NCBI GenBank assembly: GCA_012295275.1
Contig: CM022678.1
Coordinates: 2,356,001-2,420,000 of the forward strand
Reading direction: 5' to 3'
DNA from: Chrysomallon squamiferum
Taxonomy: Eukaryota > Animalia > Mollusca
Length of the DNA stretch: 64,000 nt
A program made the position numbers and the translations under genes. Positions 1 to 12,564 of this stretch are shown one piece after another. Position 1 is the first letter of the stretch. Each line of letters starts with the position of its first letter. The notes below the pieces were generated by a model. The model did not search any database. It saw only the letters and a program-made list of their open reading frames with translations, and was not told the DNA's origin.

Positions 1-981
1 AGTTACTGTGATCAGTCTGATCTCAGATTACCAGCTGTGCTCCAAAATAATGGTTATACCAGTGATTCTCAACCAGTGTGCTACGGCAAGTGATTCTCAA
101 CCAGTGTGCCTTAAACTTTTGTAGAAAAACAGTTTGAGAAAAAACACTGAGATACGATTTACTGGCCTGTCACAGTTGTAACTGTCATTCAGAAACATGG
201 AACATCATTCTGTTGTTAATCATCACAAAGTTGTAATAACTTGTCACATGTTTTCACTCATTATTTCAGTGCTTAAATTTTCTCCATGTGTATATTTGTG
301 ACATTTCCATTTGTATTGTTTATATCATGTTTATATTGTTTATATATTTTGGGATCAATTCCTCCTACATTAATTTGAGTAAGAGTATAATTACAACTAT
401 TCAGATATTATCTATACATTTATATTGTTTATATAACAAAATTTAGTAATAGCATTAAGTTTAAGTTATTCTGATATTACTAGTGTTAATCCTATATTAT
501 TTAACTCGCCCAACTGTGATTGTTCTACATGTTTTAACATTATTTGCAATTTGTGATGGTTTTCAAAGAAAAACAGAAAGATTTAAATTCGAACATTTTC
601 AGTATGATAAAATTTGAGAAGAGAGTCTATAAGATTAAAACTAGTATTAATACAAGGAACTAGATGTAGGTCTCTAGAAGAGTATGCAAGATTTAGGAGG
701 TTTTGGGATCAATTCCTCCTGATAGAATCTTGAGCTGTTTCTATTTTAGCAGTGCAGAACAACTGAGTTATGAAATAGTACTGTCTGTGGGTAGGTATAA
801 ATGTAATAAGAAATAGTGGACTGTGAAGTGACAACACAGGGTTTTTTCTTGTATTATCTGAATGTTCCTTAATCTTATGTCTAACCTCATAAATAAAAAA
901 TTCTTCCTTCTGTTAAAAAAACAACAAAACAAAATAATAACCCAAATCCTTATATTACTTTTTACAGCTCAACCAATACAG

Positions 982-3695
982 ATGACAAAAAAGAGTTCAA
1001 AAATTCTTTCTAGCATCACAGCCGAGTCTTCCTCAGACAACATCACAGCTGAGTCTTCCTCTGACAACATCACAACTGAGTCTTCCATTGACATCACAGC
1101 TGAGTCTTCCTCAGACAACATCACAACTGAGTCTTCCTCGGACAACATCAATCCTAGAGTAATTTTTAATTATGGTAATACATAGAGCATTTCAATATAT
1201 TATTTTCTTTATTGATTGGAAACTCTAAGCAGAATTATTATTTGTATCTGTTCCAATGCAGTTTTTCAATATATTGTTTTGATGGGCAATTCTAATCTGA
1301 CAAAATTATTATTTATATCTGTAACTGTCTTATATTGTTTACTTTTCTAAAAAGATTATTTGTAAACTGACATTTTTTCTGATTTAAACTGATAATAAAT
1401 TAACAACTGAAAAGGTTTCATGTACTCTCTTACAGGCAAACGTAGCAAAAAAAAAAAAAAAAAAAAAAAAAATATTTATTATTTATTGTTTCATCATAAC
1501 TATTATAATTATTCTTGTGTTGACCATTATTTATTTTAATGTTGTAAAGCAATGCTCACATCAAGTGTTATCTATGTATAATTAGTTAGCATTACTAAAG
1601 ACAGTTGTTAAAACATATATTGCTATATTATGTAATACTGTTCACACAGACTGTATTATACTGTATGCTGCCATATCTCTATAGATAGATAAAAATTTTC
1701 TATATTCTTAGAAATCATGCACTGAAGTTACAGAAATGTTTTTACTCTGTTTCACAGAACCAACGGTGATAAATAACATTAGCAGTCAGATTTGTCAATT
1801 CGGACATGACAATACAGCCAGTAAGTTAAAGACTGACATTTTTTTCTGATTTAAACTGATAATAAATTAACAACTGAAAAGGTTTCATGTACTCTCTTAC
1901 AGGCAAACGTAGCAAAAATAATAAATTTAAAAAATAGACTAATTATTGTTTCATCATAACTACTATAATTATTCTTGTGTTGACCATTATTTATTTTAAT
2001 GTTGTAAAGCAATGCTCACATCAAATGTTATCTATGTATAATTAGTTAGCATTACTAAAGACAGTTGTTAAAACATATATTGCTATATTCTGTAATACTG
2101 TTCACACAGACTGTATTATACTGTATGCTGCCATATCTCTATAGATAGACATGACAATACAGCCAGTAAGTTAAAGACTAAAACTGTTCTCTTCTCTACA
2201 TTTTTAATAGGTAACAGTCATGAATTTAGATTGCTGTCAGTGCCATAACATTCCGTAATAGATTATCAAAAGGCTGTTATCATAAAAATTAAATATGTAT
2301 CTTTGATTAGCAACTGAACTGTAGCCCATATTAGATTTCATGAATTAGTGTCCTTGTCCATAACTATTGATGAGATATTTCCACTTTCCAACAGCAAAAT
2401 ACAAACAGTTAAATATTATAAATTCCACAAAGTATTACAAATTGCGGGCCATTTATTAGATACATGTACACTCTGTATACATTTCTGTATTTATAAACCT
2501 GGTGGGGGCTTGTCATATTTTGGTTCACACTTTCTTAATGGATGACTAAAAAAAACTAATCACCAGGCAAGTTCATGTCACCAAACTCATTTGGTCATTT
2601 CTGATTTTCAGAAATCATTTTACTACAGTGCAGACTTTCTAGCAACTACTTAGCTAAATTATTAACTACAAAACTATTTTTCATTAAATAGAAGAAAGTG
2701 TTATACATTTATTTTGGTATCAAACAATAAAAGCAAGTAGTAATCTGCCACTCACAGCAGTTAAATAGTCTCTCTCTCTCTCTGTGTGTGTGAAACCTAA
2801 TCACTTAAACATGGTCATATAACTGGCATTTCCTTGACCAATAACATGTCACATATAGAAATGCATACATGTATACTAATCAAACATAATTTAAACATGT
2901 AGTTTGTGGACAGTATAACACATACTAGTTACAAAATAATAGTTGAAGGATCAATTTTATTTTAACATGGATATTACAGTTACTTTTCTATAAAATCAAC
3001 ACAATTACTACACACATGCATATTCAGAACTGTCTAATGAGTAATATCTCCACATTTCAGTTCTTGATAAAGAAGTAGTGGAAGATAAAAGGGATGAAAC
3101 TAAAATGCTAGAAATCCTGGCTAATCCTAGAAATCCTGTGGTTAAAATAGATGAGAAAAACAATAAAGGTGAAACAGCTTTGATTGTAGCTCTGAAAAAC
3201 CGTCGTAGACAGAAAGCTGTTTATTTACTGGAATCTGGAGCTGATCCTCGTGCATCAGACAATGATAGAAATTCTGTTTTGCTTCTAGCTGCTAAACAAG
3301 GATTTTTTGAAATTGTGGAACAATTGATTAAGAAATGTGTTGATATAAATACTAAAAACAGTACAGGTGAAACTCCTCTTTCTGCAGCTGTTGAGTATAA
3401 ACATTACAAAGTAGCGTTGTATTTACTGGAACATGGAGCTGATCCTCATTCAATAGACAATGATAAAAATTCTGTTTTACACCTAGCAGCTAAATGTGGA
3501 AATATAGAAATTGTGACAGCACTGATTGGAAAAGGTGTTAATGTAAATATTAGAAACATTACAGGTGAAACTCCTGTTTTAACAGCTGTTAAGCATCAGC
3601 AGACGGGTATAGTTTCATATTTACGGGAACATGGTGCTGATCTTACTATAAAAGACAATGATAACAATTCTGTTTATCACCTAGCAGCTAAATAA
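982..3695 (+). CDS. Type-A gene A1: Ser/Thr-rich N-terminus + RHIM-like motif + ankyrin repeats, no NTPase (spliced model 982-1174, 1758-1820, 3061-3695; 296 aa)
   Basis: Acceptor tttacag|968, donor 1174|gtaata, acceptor ttcacag|1758, donor 1820|gtaagt, acceptor catttcag|3061. All coding junctions are phase 1 and join in frame. The last exon has about 5 ANK repeats (GETALIVA, NSVLLLAA, GETPLSAA, NSVLHLAA, GETPVLTA). The start codon is uncertain. ANK homology continues past TAA 3693-3695, so the stop may be premature. Confidence 0.65.
1015..1150 (+). repeat. Coding 27-bp tandem repeat (ITAESSSDN x about 5)
   Basis: Unit atcacagctgagtcttcctcagacaac is repeated about 5 times (one copy is 24 bp) in the first coding exon of A1. 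The paralogous B1 exon has one related unit (ITDVASS). Confidence 0.9.
1366..2178 (+). repeat. About 466-bp tandem duplication spanning the RHIM-like exon; second copy internally deleted
   Basis: actgacattttttctgatttaaactg starts at 1366 and again at 1832. The second copy jumps from atagataga to catgacaatacagcca|gtaag near 2150, losing the acceptor and most of the exon. Confidence 0.85.
1758..1820 (+). other. 63-nt exon encoding a RHIM-like motif (EPTVINNISSQICQFGHDNTA)
   Basis: Canonical AG/GT borders, phase 1-1. Core CQFGHDN resembles the RHIM core (I/V)Q(I/V/L/C)GxxN preceded by an I-x-N strand. Confidence 0.6.
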
Positions 3696-4200
3696 GAAAA
3701 TGTAGAAATTGTGACAAAATTGATTGAAAAGATGTTGATATAAATATTTGTAATGGAACCTCATTAATGCCTTTTTGCCAGGCTTGTTTTTAATCGAAAT
3801 TTTGTCTTCTATGTAGTGAATTATATAATATTCGTAAAACACTTATTTTTATAAGTGGTAATTATGGTATACATTTTAATATTACAGTCTGTTATCCTTT
3901 AGACAGGAGGAGCCAAATTTTAGGTATTAATACCAATTAAGCTAATCTCCGTACAGGGGAAACTCCTCTTTCTACAGCTGTTAAGTATAAACAGAAACGT
4001 GTAGTTTTGTATTTACTGGAACGTGGAGCTGTTCTTAATTAACAACATCAGCTCCATGTTCCAGTAAATACAAAACTACACATTTCTGTTTTACACCTAG
4101 CAGCTAAACATGGAAATATAGAAATTGTGAGAGTATTGATTGAAAAAGGTTCTGCTGTAAATATTTTCAGTCAAGGTAAATCGCCCTTTCATGTAACATG
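3696..4200 (+). pseudogene. Degenerate ankyrin-repeat sequence downstream of the A1 stop
   Basis: Recognisable ANK codons (ENVEIVTKLIEK; GKTPLSTAVKYKQKRVVLYLLERGA; VLHLAAKHGNIEIVRVLIEKG) with frameshifts and an unrelated insertion at about 3750-3945. Confidence 0.75.
3989..4091. repeat. 43-bp inverted repeat (fold-back) with 17-nt spacer
   Basis: 3989-4031 is the reverse complement of 4049-4091 with 2 mismatches. Confidence 0.9.
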
Positions 4201-4514
4201 AAATTAAATGTATATCTGATGCACAAGCATTGAGCAGTCTGAAAAAAAGAAAAACAAAACAGAAGTTTTGTATTGATATTGAGAAATTTATGAATATAAA
4301 TAAATGAAACTATTCTAATATTGTCTATGTATTTTCATTGTTTATATAACTTAGTTTACTAAAATTATTCTTAAGATATGTGCATATATATTTTTTATAT
4401 AACACATTGTGGTACTAGGATTGACAAAACTAAAATATAACTTAGTAAAGTATTTTGATAATTATTATATAATTTTACAATAGATGATAAAATAAAAATG
4501 TTACAAAAAAGATA

Positions 4515-5458
4515 GTGAAACCTGACTGTTTTGATGTTCTTGCTCGCAGGTTTACTGACTTGCTGGCATCAAATAATGCCAGAGAAATTATTTCACATCC
4601 ATCACTGAAAGATGAAGGGTTTGTAAAGTATCTCATAGGGGAAAAACATTTTGGTGGTAGACTGTCTGAAATACTGCATCAGAAACTTTTTGAAAATGCA
4701 TTTCATAAAAACAGTCCTCATTCAATACTTGCTCAAAAGAAATATTTTTATATATCAGTAGAAATATTTCATGTCTTCTTGACAATGAGTCAAAAACTAT
4801 ATCTAGTTACATGTGGTATTTGGAAGTTGAAGACACTTTTAATTTTCATTCACTGTTCCAAGTGAGTGCATTGTGAATAGACAAAGAACATTAAGATTGT
4901 TCACATCAAATCTATGTAAAATGAAACTAACGTGTTTGAAAAAAGAACTTTTAGATATTTCTTGTTTGTTTGGTGATGAAGATATTGTGAGAATGTTGCT
5001 AAAATCAACATTTGATACACTGAATGCAGCTGCTTGTTCAAAAACAGACAGTGCTACCATACTCAAAGAACTGTTACAGTATAAAAAGAAGATGACATTG
5101 AATATTTGTTCTCACTTGTTACATATTTCAATTTGTTCAGGTAACATGAACATTGCCTGTCTGTTGGCTGAGATGATAAACAATGAGAAACAGTGAAATA
5201 AAGGAAAAAGTTGTAAAACTTTTATTGGTTAGGTTCCAAAGTACTTCAAGTGTTATAAAAGAAATAGTAAAACTGAAACCTGATTGTGTAAATGATGAGA
5301 ACAGAGATAAAGTACTTTTAGCAGCAGCAATGTGGGGATCTACTGATACAGTGAATGTTCCCACTGAACAGAGATGTAATGATACAGATGGAAACAACTG
5401 AAAGAAAAGTGAAATACTGAAAGTGGTAAGTGATATTTAACACTGTAGATGTTGTTCA
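4515..5458 (+). pseudogene. Fragment of the type-B post-NTPase helical region
   Basis: VKPDCFDVLARRFTDLLAS, ELLDISCLFGDEDIVRMLLKS and ENRDKVLLAAAMWGS match the B2 ORF 36530-37840. Split by frameshifts and deletions; no NTPase exon upstream. Confidence 0.85.
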
Positions 5459-6645
5459 GAAATATTTAAATGAAGGGAGACAATAGGCCCCTGCTTGCTC
5501 ACCCAATAATACAATAACATGTTTTTAACAACTTCAATTGCATTTACTTAGGCTAATAATAACATAGATTGTCCAAGATCAGGTCACAGTCTACATTTCA
5601 TTGTTTATGTAGCGCTATATAACCAGACGGTAATTATTCATACAATATCATGCAGCATCCACGCTTTATTCAGTAAATAGATACCTAGACAGAGAACTAC
5701 ATCAATAAAATAATCTCTCAGTGAAAACCAGTTTGAGTGTTTAAACAAAGCGTGCCCACCATAACCAGACGGTAATTAATCACACAGTATCATGCAGCAT
5801 CCAAGTGGCTGTTTACCTTCCTGCTCCCTGAATCGTAAAGGTTGCAATTGGACTAAATGAAATGGTTTCGGGTCAAGAGTTCGAGGTGGAAAATCGTAAG
5901 GAGTTACTACATCTGCAGCTCTGATTGGTGGTTATAGGTGACAGTGACTCGAGTGAGTATTAAATTTTGTGCAAAGCAAGCGGTACTACCCGGAAGTGAG
6001 GAGGATTCGCGGAATGGGAAGATAACTCTAAATAATTACATTGCGGAATCGGCCCATTAAAAGAAATGAATGTTGACATGAAAGCTTCCAATATAAAATT
6101 TACGAGAATTAAAAGTTTGTGTATGCATTTATTGTCGTGCTAAGACTCATGTTGACTTCGAAATATAAATGAATAAAGAAAGAAAGAAAGAAAGAAACTG
6201 AAGTAAATTTATTGGTCACTAGTAAATTAGATGAAATGAATATCAAAAATTTTAATTTTTTATTTACTTACTTTCAAAATTAAACATGACAGATCTGCAT
6301 GTTAATCATCTATCTTTTATTAGTGTTTTATGTAGAAAATTAAAATAAGACATCCAAAAAGAAAACAATTGAAATGAAATGAAATTAAATAAAATAAATA
6401 AATAATGAATAAATATGTAAGAAAATAAGTAAATAAAGTTACGTATAATTGGATGAAAGGTTATAAAATAAAATTATGTTTACGAGTTAGTATACCAAAC
6501 AGGGCTGAATGAAGGTTAAACGCAGAGTGATTGAGAAATTAAATTAAATAAATAAATAAACAATGTCTACCCTGACTTCTCTGACACAAAAACAGAGTAG
6601 TCTTTCTTGCTGGATGAACAATGTTGATTTAAAGAGCAATATAAA

Positions 6646-6647
<2 letters not shown>

Positions 6648-6689
<42 letters not shown>
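6648..6689. repeat. (TG)n microsatellite
   Basis: Perfect dinucleotide run. Confidence 0.9.
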
Positions 6690-6690
<1 letters not shown>

Positions 6691-7798
6691 GTAAATCTAT
6701 TAGCCATGACATAACTTAGTAACTTTAAAATAATTAACATTCAGTCACTATGTTTAATAACGATTTATTTACTGTAAGTAAACCCTTGTATACAGCGTAA
6801 ATCTGTCAAACTAGTTTGACAGACGTGCTATATTTAGAACTGATTTGTAAAGCTGCAGACGTTGTCACAAAGTAATACACCGTGTGCAAACCTGTGACGT
6901 GTCGTCTTACAAAAATATCGTGTCTCCAAGACGACGATTCACAGGGCGAGAAGACGGCATAGAATTTGTGACATTCCTTAGTTTAAAAGATTCGGGTTTT
7001 ACTTCGATTTCTACTACAGGTCGGCAAAATCTAAATCTACTATTTTAGTAGTCACTGTTGATTGTTTATTTAAAATTTAAAATTTAAAATTTTCTATGGC
7101 GATCTCGGACTGTCACACCCGAAACTCGGTTTATGTTTGAGTTTTCATTTAAAAAACAGTTATGAACTAATAAAATTTAAATATTTCTATTTATTACATC
7201 AAGTTCTTTATAAAACAATAAACATACGAAACAAAAAGGGTATTATCGTCCGGTACATGAATATAGGTATACTTGACATCATACGTTTTCGTTTCCAAAC
7301 GATTAAAAATATTTTCAATACAGAACGTTTAGTCAACTTTTAATAATAAAGGTTAATTTAATATGTATTGATTTGTTATAATCATAATATAATATTGAAA
7401 TGTAATGTAAAATGGCTAAGGATATTTCTCTCCAAACAACAATAAATAAATAAATAAGTAATAAAAAAACTTTTTATGACTAACAGAAAAAAAAACCTAA
7501 TTTGTTATAATGTCCTTTCTAATTTGTATTTATGTATGTATTTATTTCCTCGGAATATGTAATTTTAATATGGAAAGTCATGAAAGATTGACATCAGCCA
7601 AGTATCAAATTTCTCGATTTATTAAACGAAAATTTAAAAATTTAGTAAATTACATCATTACGATAAATTAAATGAAAAGATATGAAGTACGATCGAATAA
7701 GTTTGAGAATGTTTGCGAATGAAACGTTTATTATTCAAAATGAATGTTCTCGCTGTGGTTAACTTGTAAAGTAGACAAGTTCGAGTTTGATAAACACA

Positions 7799-7905
7799 AT
7801 TTCCGGTCCAAGGTGCATGCCGGTTTATATTTCACGTAGCTAAACAGAACCACGTGATTTAAAATGGCGGAACGGTTCTAAGTATTACATCAGAAATAAA
7901 AAGGT
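7799..7905 (+). promoter_or_regulatory. Putative core promoter and first exon of gene B1
   Basis: ETS-like TTTCCGG near 7800, E-box CACGTG 7851-7856, YY1-type AAAATGGCGG 7861-7870, then donor aag|gtaaaa at 7903/7904. A paralogous block lies at 63686-63756. Confidence 0.5.
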
Positions 7906-10421
7906 AAAACAAATTTGTAATGTACTTTCTTATGGTTTTTATTCGGATAATGTTTTCTACTTTGGTATGTGACCTATAGCAAAAAAGAAAATTGCGGATA
8001 TTAACAAATATTAACACTAAATACTAATAAAAAACAACAATGATCATCATTTTAAAACTACATCTACTATTACATTTAATGTTTAAGTCACAGAGTGGTG
8101 AAATATATGTTCAAGCACAATCATAACTTATAATAATTACTGTAGAATAATTTTCAAATGCATAAAACACCTTTTGAACATTTTAAGCAGTGTTGTTGTT
8201 GTTGTATTATCATATAGTAACACTAAAACTTGTAACAGGGTTATCTTTTCACTGAATCAACTGTCATAGCTTGTATAATGTCAATAATCTAAATGTAATC
8301 AAACTTTGTCCCATCACAAAATAATAATTCAGATTTCAGGCACTGTTTTCTCAGTATGAAGTTATATGCTCTTAACAGTTAACTGGAAGTAATATACAGA
8401 CAAAAGAAGAAATCGTATAAAGACTTAAGATCTTTTATTTTATAAAGTGAACAAGATTTGTAATATAGTATGCAGCAGATTACTGAAAACAGTAAACTAC
8501 AAATTCTCAAAATGTGTGTTTATACAAGCAGACACAATGAAGAAAAAAATTATCTTTTACATGTGACAGCATCACCCTGATTTGAAGTATTTATCACTAT
8601 TTTATAATAATTTGTTCCAAAAATAAAAATTTACCAAGTTCATATGTAATAAGTAATGCATTTCAAATAATTTTAATTAGAGAATTGAAAGTGTTGTCTA
8701 CTGAAAGACATTGCGTTAAGCTGTCTAGATGTTTAAACTGAACACAAAAAAGTGATATCTGTTTTAAATGTATTGTAATATTTGCCTACAAAACTGTTGG
8801 GCACCTGACAGTATTTTACTATGACTAAAAAAACAAGTGTTACAAAGGCTGGTAAATAAACTGAGAAAAATGAATTTGTTTTGTAACAGCAAGCCACTGG
8901 CGATAAGAAAATGGAACAAATGTTTTAGACTTCAGATTTTTGTTTTGACATCACAGTATTATCAAATAATCACATATCACTTCAAAATAATTTGCAGAGT
9001 TCATAGAACGTGGAAAAATGTTATTTGAGTCTCAGATCTGTGGTTAAAGGTTCCATAGCAAGAAAACACTCCTTGGTTCTAGGTGACTGCCTACACTGTC
9101 TTTCTCTTCCCTCTAGCTAATTTTTTATTTTGCGGAAAAGGCAGTCATAGTGACTCAAATAATGCCCCAAATGTGCTCCAGTGCATTCAGATCTGTACTC
9201 ATGACTGACCAAGGCAGAACTGTTAAAGCTTTGTTGTGCACTCATTCAGACTGTCAAGTTAAATATTTTATTTGTAGCTAATAGATGAAAATACTGCTGT
9301 TTGAAAAAAAACATGGAGACATGATACACTGACCTGTCACAGGGAAAGCAGTTGTAACTCATTCAGAAATATGGAACATAATTCTGTTGTTAATCATCAC
9401 AAAGTTGTAATTACTTGTCACATGTTGTCACTCATTATCTCAGTGCTTAACTTTTTTCCAGGTGTATTGGGTTGTAGAATAAGTCATTGCGGTTCATAAC
9501 TGATTCAAATTTTATTGCAGAAGTATCAACAAACTTGTTGGTCATCGGGAAAATGTGATAAATAACAAGGGAAATTAAGTTACATCTTGTTATCAGTTAA
9601 GCTTAAGTTTTCTTCTATGTAATGATTAAATTTAATTGAACTACAATGAGTTATTCCTCAACCCAATATATTTGTGACATTTTTATTTGTTACACCGGAC
9701 AGGTTTAGTTCATTTCCAGTGATTTCTGACAACAGTTCTGTTGAATTTTACCATGTATATTTGTAATGTTTATTAAAAAAATCAGTGTGTGTTTCAGGTT
9801 GACCAAGGCATAAGACACAAACAACCCAGTCAGCTCGTCACAACCCCTAAAAAGAAGAGCAAATAAACAAAAAACCAAAATGAAGTAAAGGTAATTAATT
9901 ACAACTAAGTTTTTATGTAATAACATTGTGAAAACTGTATTTTGTTAAGTATTTTTAAATAGCATATTTTACATCTCTATTTACAAAAATTAGTACATTT
10001 AATGGTTTATATTTGATTATTTAAAAAAAATGTAGTAGGAATATATTTATAGAACAAAAGTTGAGAATACTGTCTATAAGGCTAAGACTAATATTAATAC
10101 AAGGTACCAGATGTTGGTCTCTAGTATGTGCAAGGTATAATATGTCTTTGGATCAATTCCTACTGATAGAATTTGTAGCTGCTTTCATTTCAGTTCGTGC
10201 TCAACAACTGATGTATGAACTTGTATGTGCTGTCTGTGGGTAGGTGTAAACGAAGTATCACTTGTTGTTAATGAGAAAGAGTAGACTGTTAAGTGATAGC
10301 ACTGGGTTTCTTCTTGTATTATCTGAATGTTCCTTAATCTTATGTGTAACTTCATGTAAATAAAATGAGTTGAATAAAACATTTCTTTTTATATTAGAAA
10401 TCATTATTTTATTTTTAACAG

Positions 10422-10495
10422 CTCAACCAACAGTGATTATGAAAAAATGTGTTCAGCAATTTTATCTGACATCACAGATGTGGCATCCTCAAAGA
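10422..10495 (+). other. B1 upstream exon (MCSAILSDITDVASSK), paralog of the A1/A2 first coding exon
   Basis: Acceptor ttaacag|ctcaaccaa as at 968 and similar to 48703; ATG 10447; phase-1 donor gtatga at 10496. Confidence 0.55.
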
Positions 10496-10855
10496 GTATG
10501 ACAAAATTATATTTTTAATAATGAAGTATTTCAAATCATGTTTATTTTATATATTTTTTTTTTTTGTTAGGCTTTGTAAAGTGTTGCTTTTTTGTCTTAT
10601 ATTCATAAATAAATTGACAATTCTAATATTTTCATCTGGTTTTTATTTGAAAATACACACTTGTTATTATTTGATTGGATAATTAGTTAATAATATTAAA
10701 CACATTTTTTAAAACATATAATTTTATTGTTATATTGAGAAATACTGTTAAGACAGACTGTATTAATACTGTCATACCTCTACATGTAGCTAAAAATCAC
10801 ATGGTTTTAGAAATTATTTTAATAAATATAATTTTAAATAATTTCTTTTACTCAG

Positions 10856-10969
10856 TTAGAAGAACACAACCACTAGTAAAACACAATGTAAATATCAGCA
10901 CAGTTCACAATTACCAGGATGTCTCTAATAACAGGAATGTTGTGTTTGGAAATCAAGTTATTAAAAACT
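10856..10969 (+). other. B1 exon encoding a cRHIM-like motif (...VNISTVHNYQDVSNNRNVVFGNQVIK) with donor mutated GT>GA
   Basis: Acceptor tactcag|10856, phase 1. The paralog at 34682-34709 has acca|gtaagt where this copy has aact|gaaagt. The downstream intron is homologous to those after the A1/A2 RHIM-like exons. Confidence 0.6.
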
Positions 10970-11477
10970 GAAAGTTAAAAACTGAACGTTTTCTTTTCTC
11001 TACCTGTTTAATAAATAACAAAATACACACCACACTAGTCATTAGTACTTTTCTGTCATTCACTGTGACATGACCAGCACAGAAACATGCACACACAGGC
11101 ACAATACATACAAACATTCATTCACACATAAATTATAAGTATTGTTATTCTCATTTAGATTTTATGTTTAATATTTTATTAATATAATTCAACCTAATTT
11201 AAACAACCCAATACAGATGTCATTATTAGTAGTAGCAAGAACATAGTAATAATAATAACACTGTGAACAATAACAGTACATAATTAACAACATGTAAAAA
11301 CAAATAAAAGTAGTGGTTTTAATAAATAATTAATAAGTAAAAAGATCCAACAGTAATAATATTACATGTTTATTGTTTCATGAATAAAGTGTAGAGTAAT
11401 TGTAAAGATCACTTTAATCATTCTCTTTTACACAACATCAATAATATAAATTTACTTGTTTATTTTTGTTACTTCAG

Positions 11478-11507
11478 CAACTGATGAACAAGCATCCAAT
11501 ATCAAAG
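11478..11507 (+). other. 30-nt phase 1-1 microexon (TDEQASNIK) of B1
   Basis: ttcag|...aaag|gtatat. Homologous 33-nt microexons at 35348-35380 and 50563-50595; a dead duplicate with a stop near 12281. Confidence 0.7.
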
Positions 11508-12564
11508 GTATATTTTTATTTCATTTTTATTATTATTAGTTGTACAATTTTCCATGATAACAAAACAGTCATCTCATTACTTTCACACATCTAAAATTGT
11601 GACATCTTATCTTTGTTAAATTCTGATGAACAAAAAGCATGACAACAAACTGCCGTTTTACTTCAGAAACTTCACATTAGATGATCAGTTAAAAATGATA
11701 TGATTTATATTTAAACAGTAAAATATCTTCTATACAATTAATACTTTCTTTTATTGTGTAACATGACTGTTGTAATAGGAAATCAGTTATTAAAAGTAGT
11801 AACATAGACAAAATACATACACTTAACAGATATATGGAACATGTACATAAACACACACATATATGCAGACACGCATTACACAGACGTATAATATTCACAC
11901 AGTGCATGTATGTTAAACTGATCAGCATTTTCTTCTTAACTTGTTAGTATAACTCAAATGAAGTAAACGAGACTATATGCCTATCACTATTACTAAAATA
12001 CAGTGCAGGGTACACATGACAGCAGCAATAATCACAACAACAACAGCAATAATAATACCAACAATAGCAATAGATAAATAACATTAGTTATAAGAAACAA
12101 CAGCAGTAGTTTTGATAATAGTAGGAGTAAGTATATAAAACCAGTAAGAAAGATCTAATAATAATGTTATATGCTTCATGTTCAGTGAATAAAGTGCAGG
12201 GTATTTGTACAGATCACTTTAATCATTTCTTTTACACAACATCAGTAATGTAAACTTGTTTTATTTTTATGATATTTCAGCAAAGACTGATAAATGAGCT
12301 TTCAGTATTAGATGGGTTTTTTATCTCCTGAAAGATGTTCATTTATAACAAGATAATCATCTGATTAGGTCTGCACCATATAAAATTGTGATGTCTTATT
12401 TATGTTAAATTCTGATGAACTAAAACTATGACAACCTTTTTATCATTATTTTAGAACCTTCAATCTAATAACCAATTAAAATTTATATACTTTTATTTAA
12501 ATAGTAAAATATGTTTAAAATAGTTAAAGACAGATCTTTTTTGTTTGTTTATGTTGTGATGCAG

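Noticed and set aside
60-149. hAT-like end CAGTGATTCTCAACC duplicated, possible MITE
   Set aside because: No target-site duplication, and the apparent right TIR aligns with ordinary paralogous intron sequence near 9300.
3061-3080. GTG/TTG starts in the ORF track (3078, 12579, 52092) as true initiators
   Set aside because: Each lies just downstream of a phase-1 splice acceptor, so these are internal exons.
7864-7881. ATGGCGGAACGGTTCTAA as the gene start
   Set aside because: Stops after 5 codons; better explained as the YY1-type motif or a uORF in a non-coding first exon.
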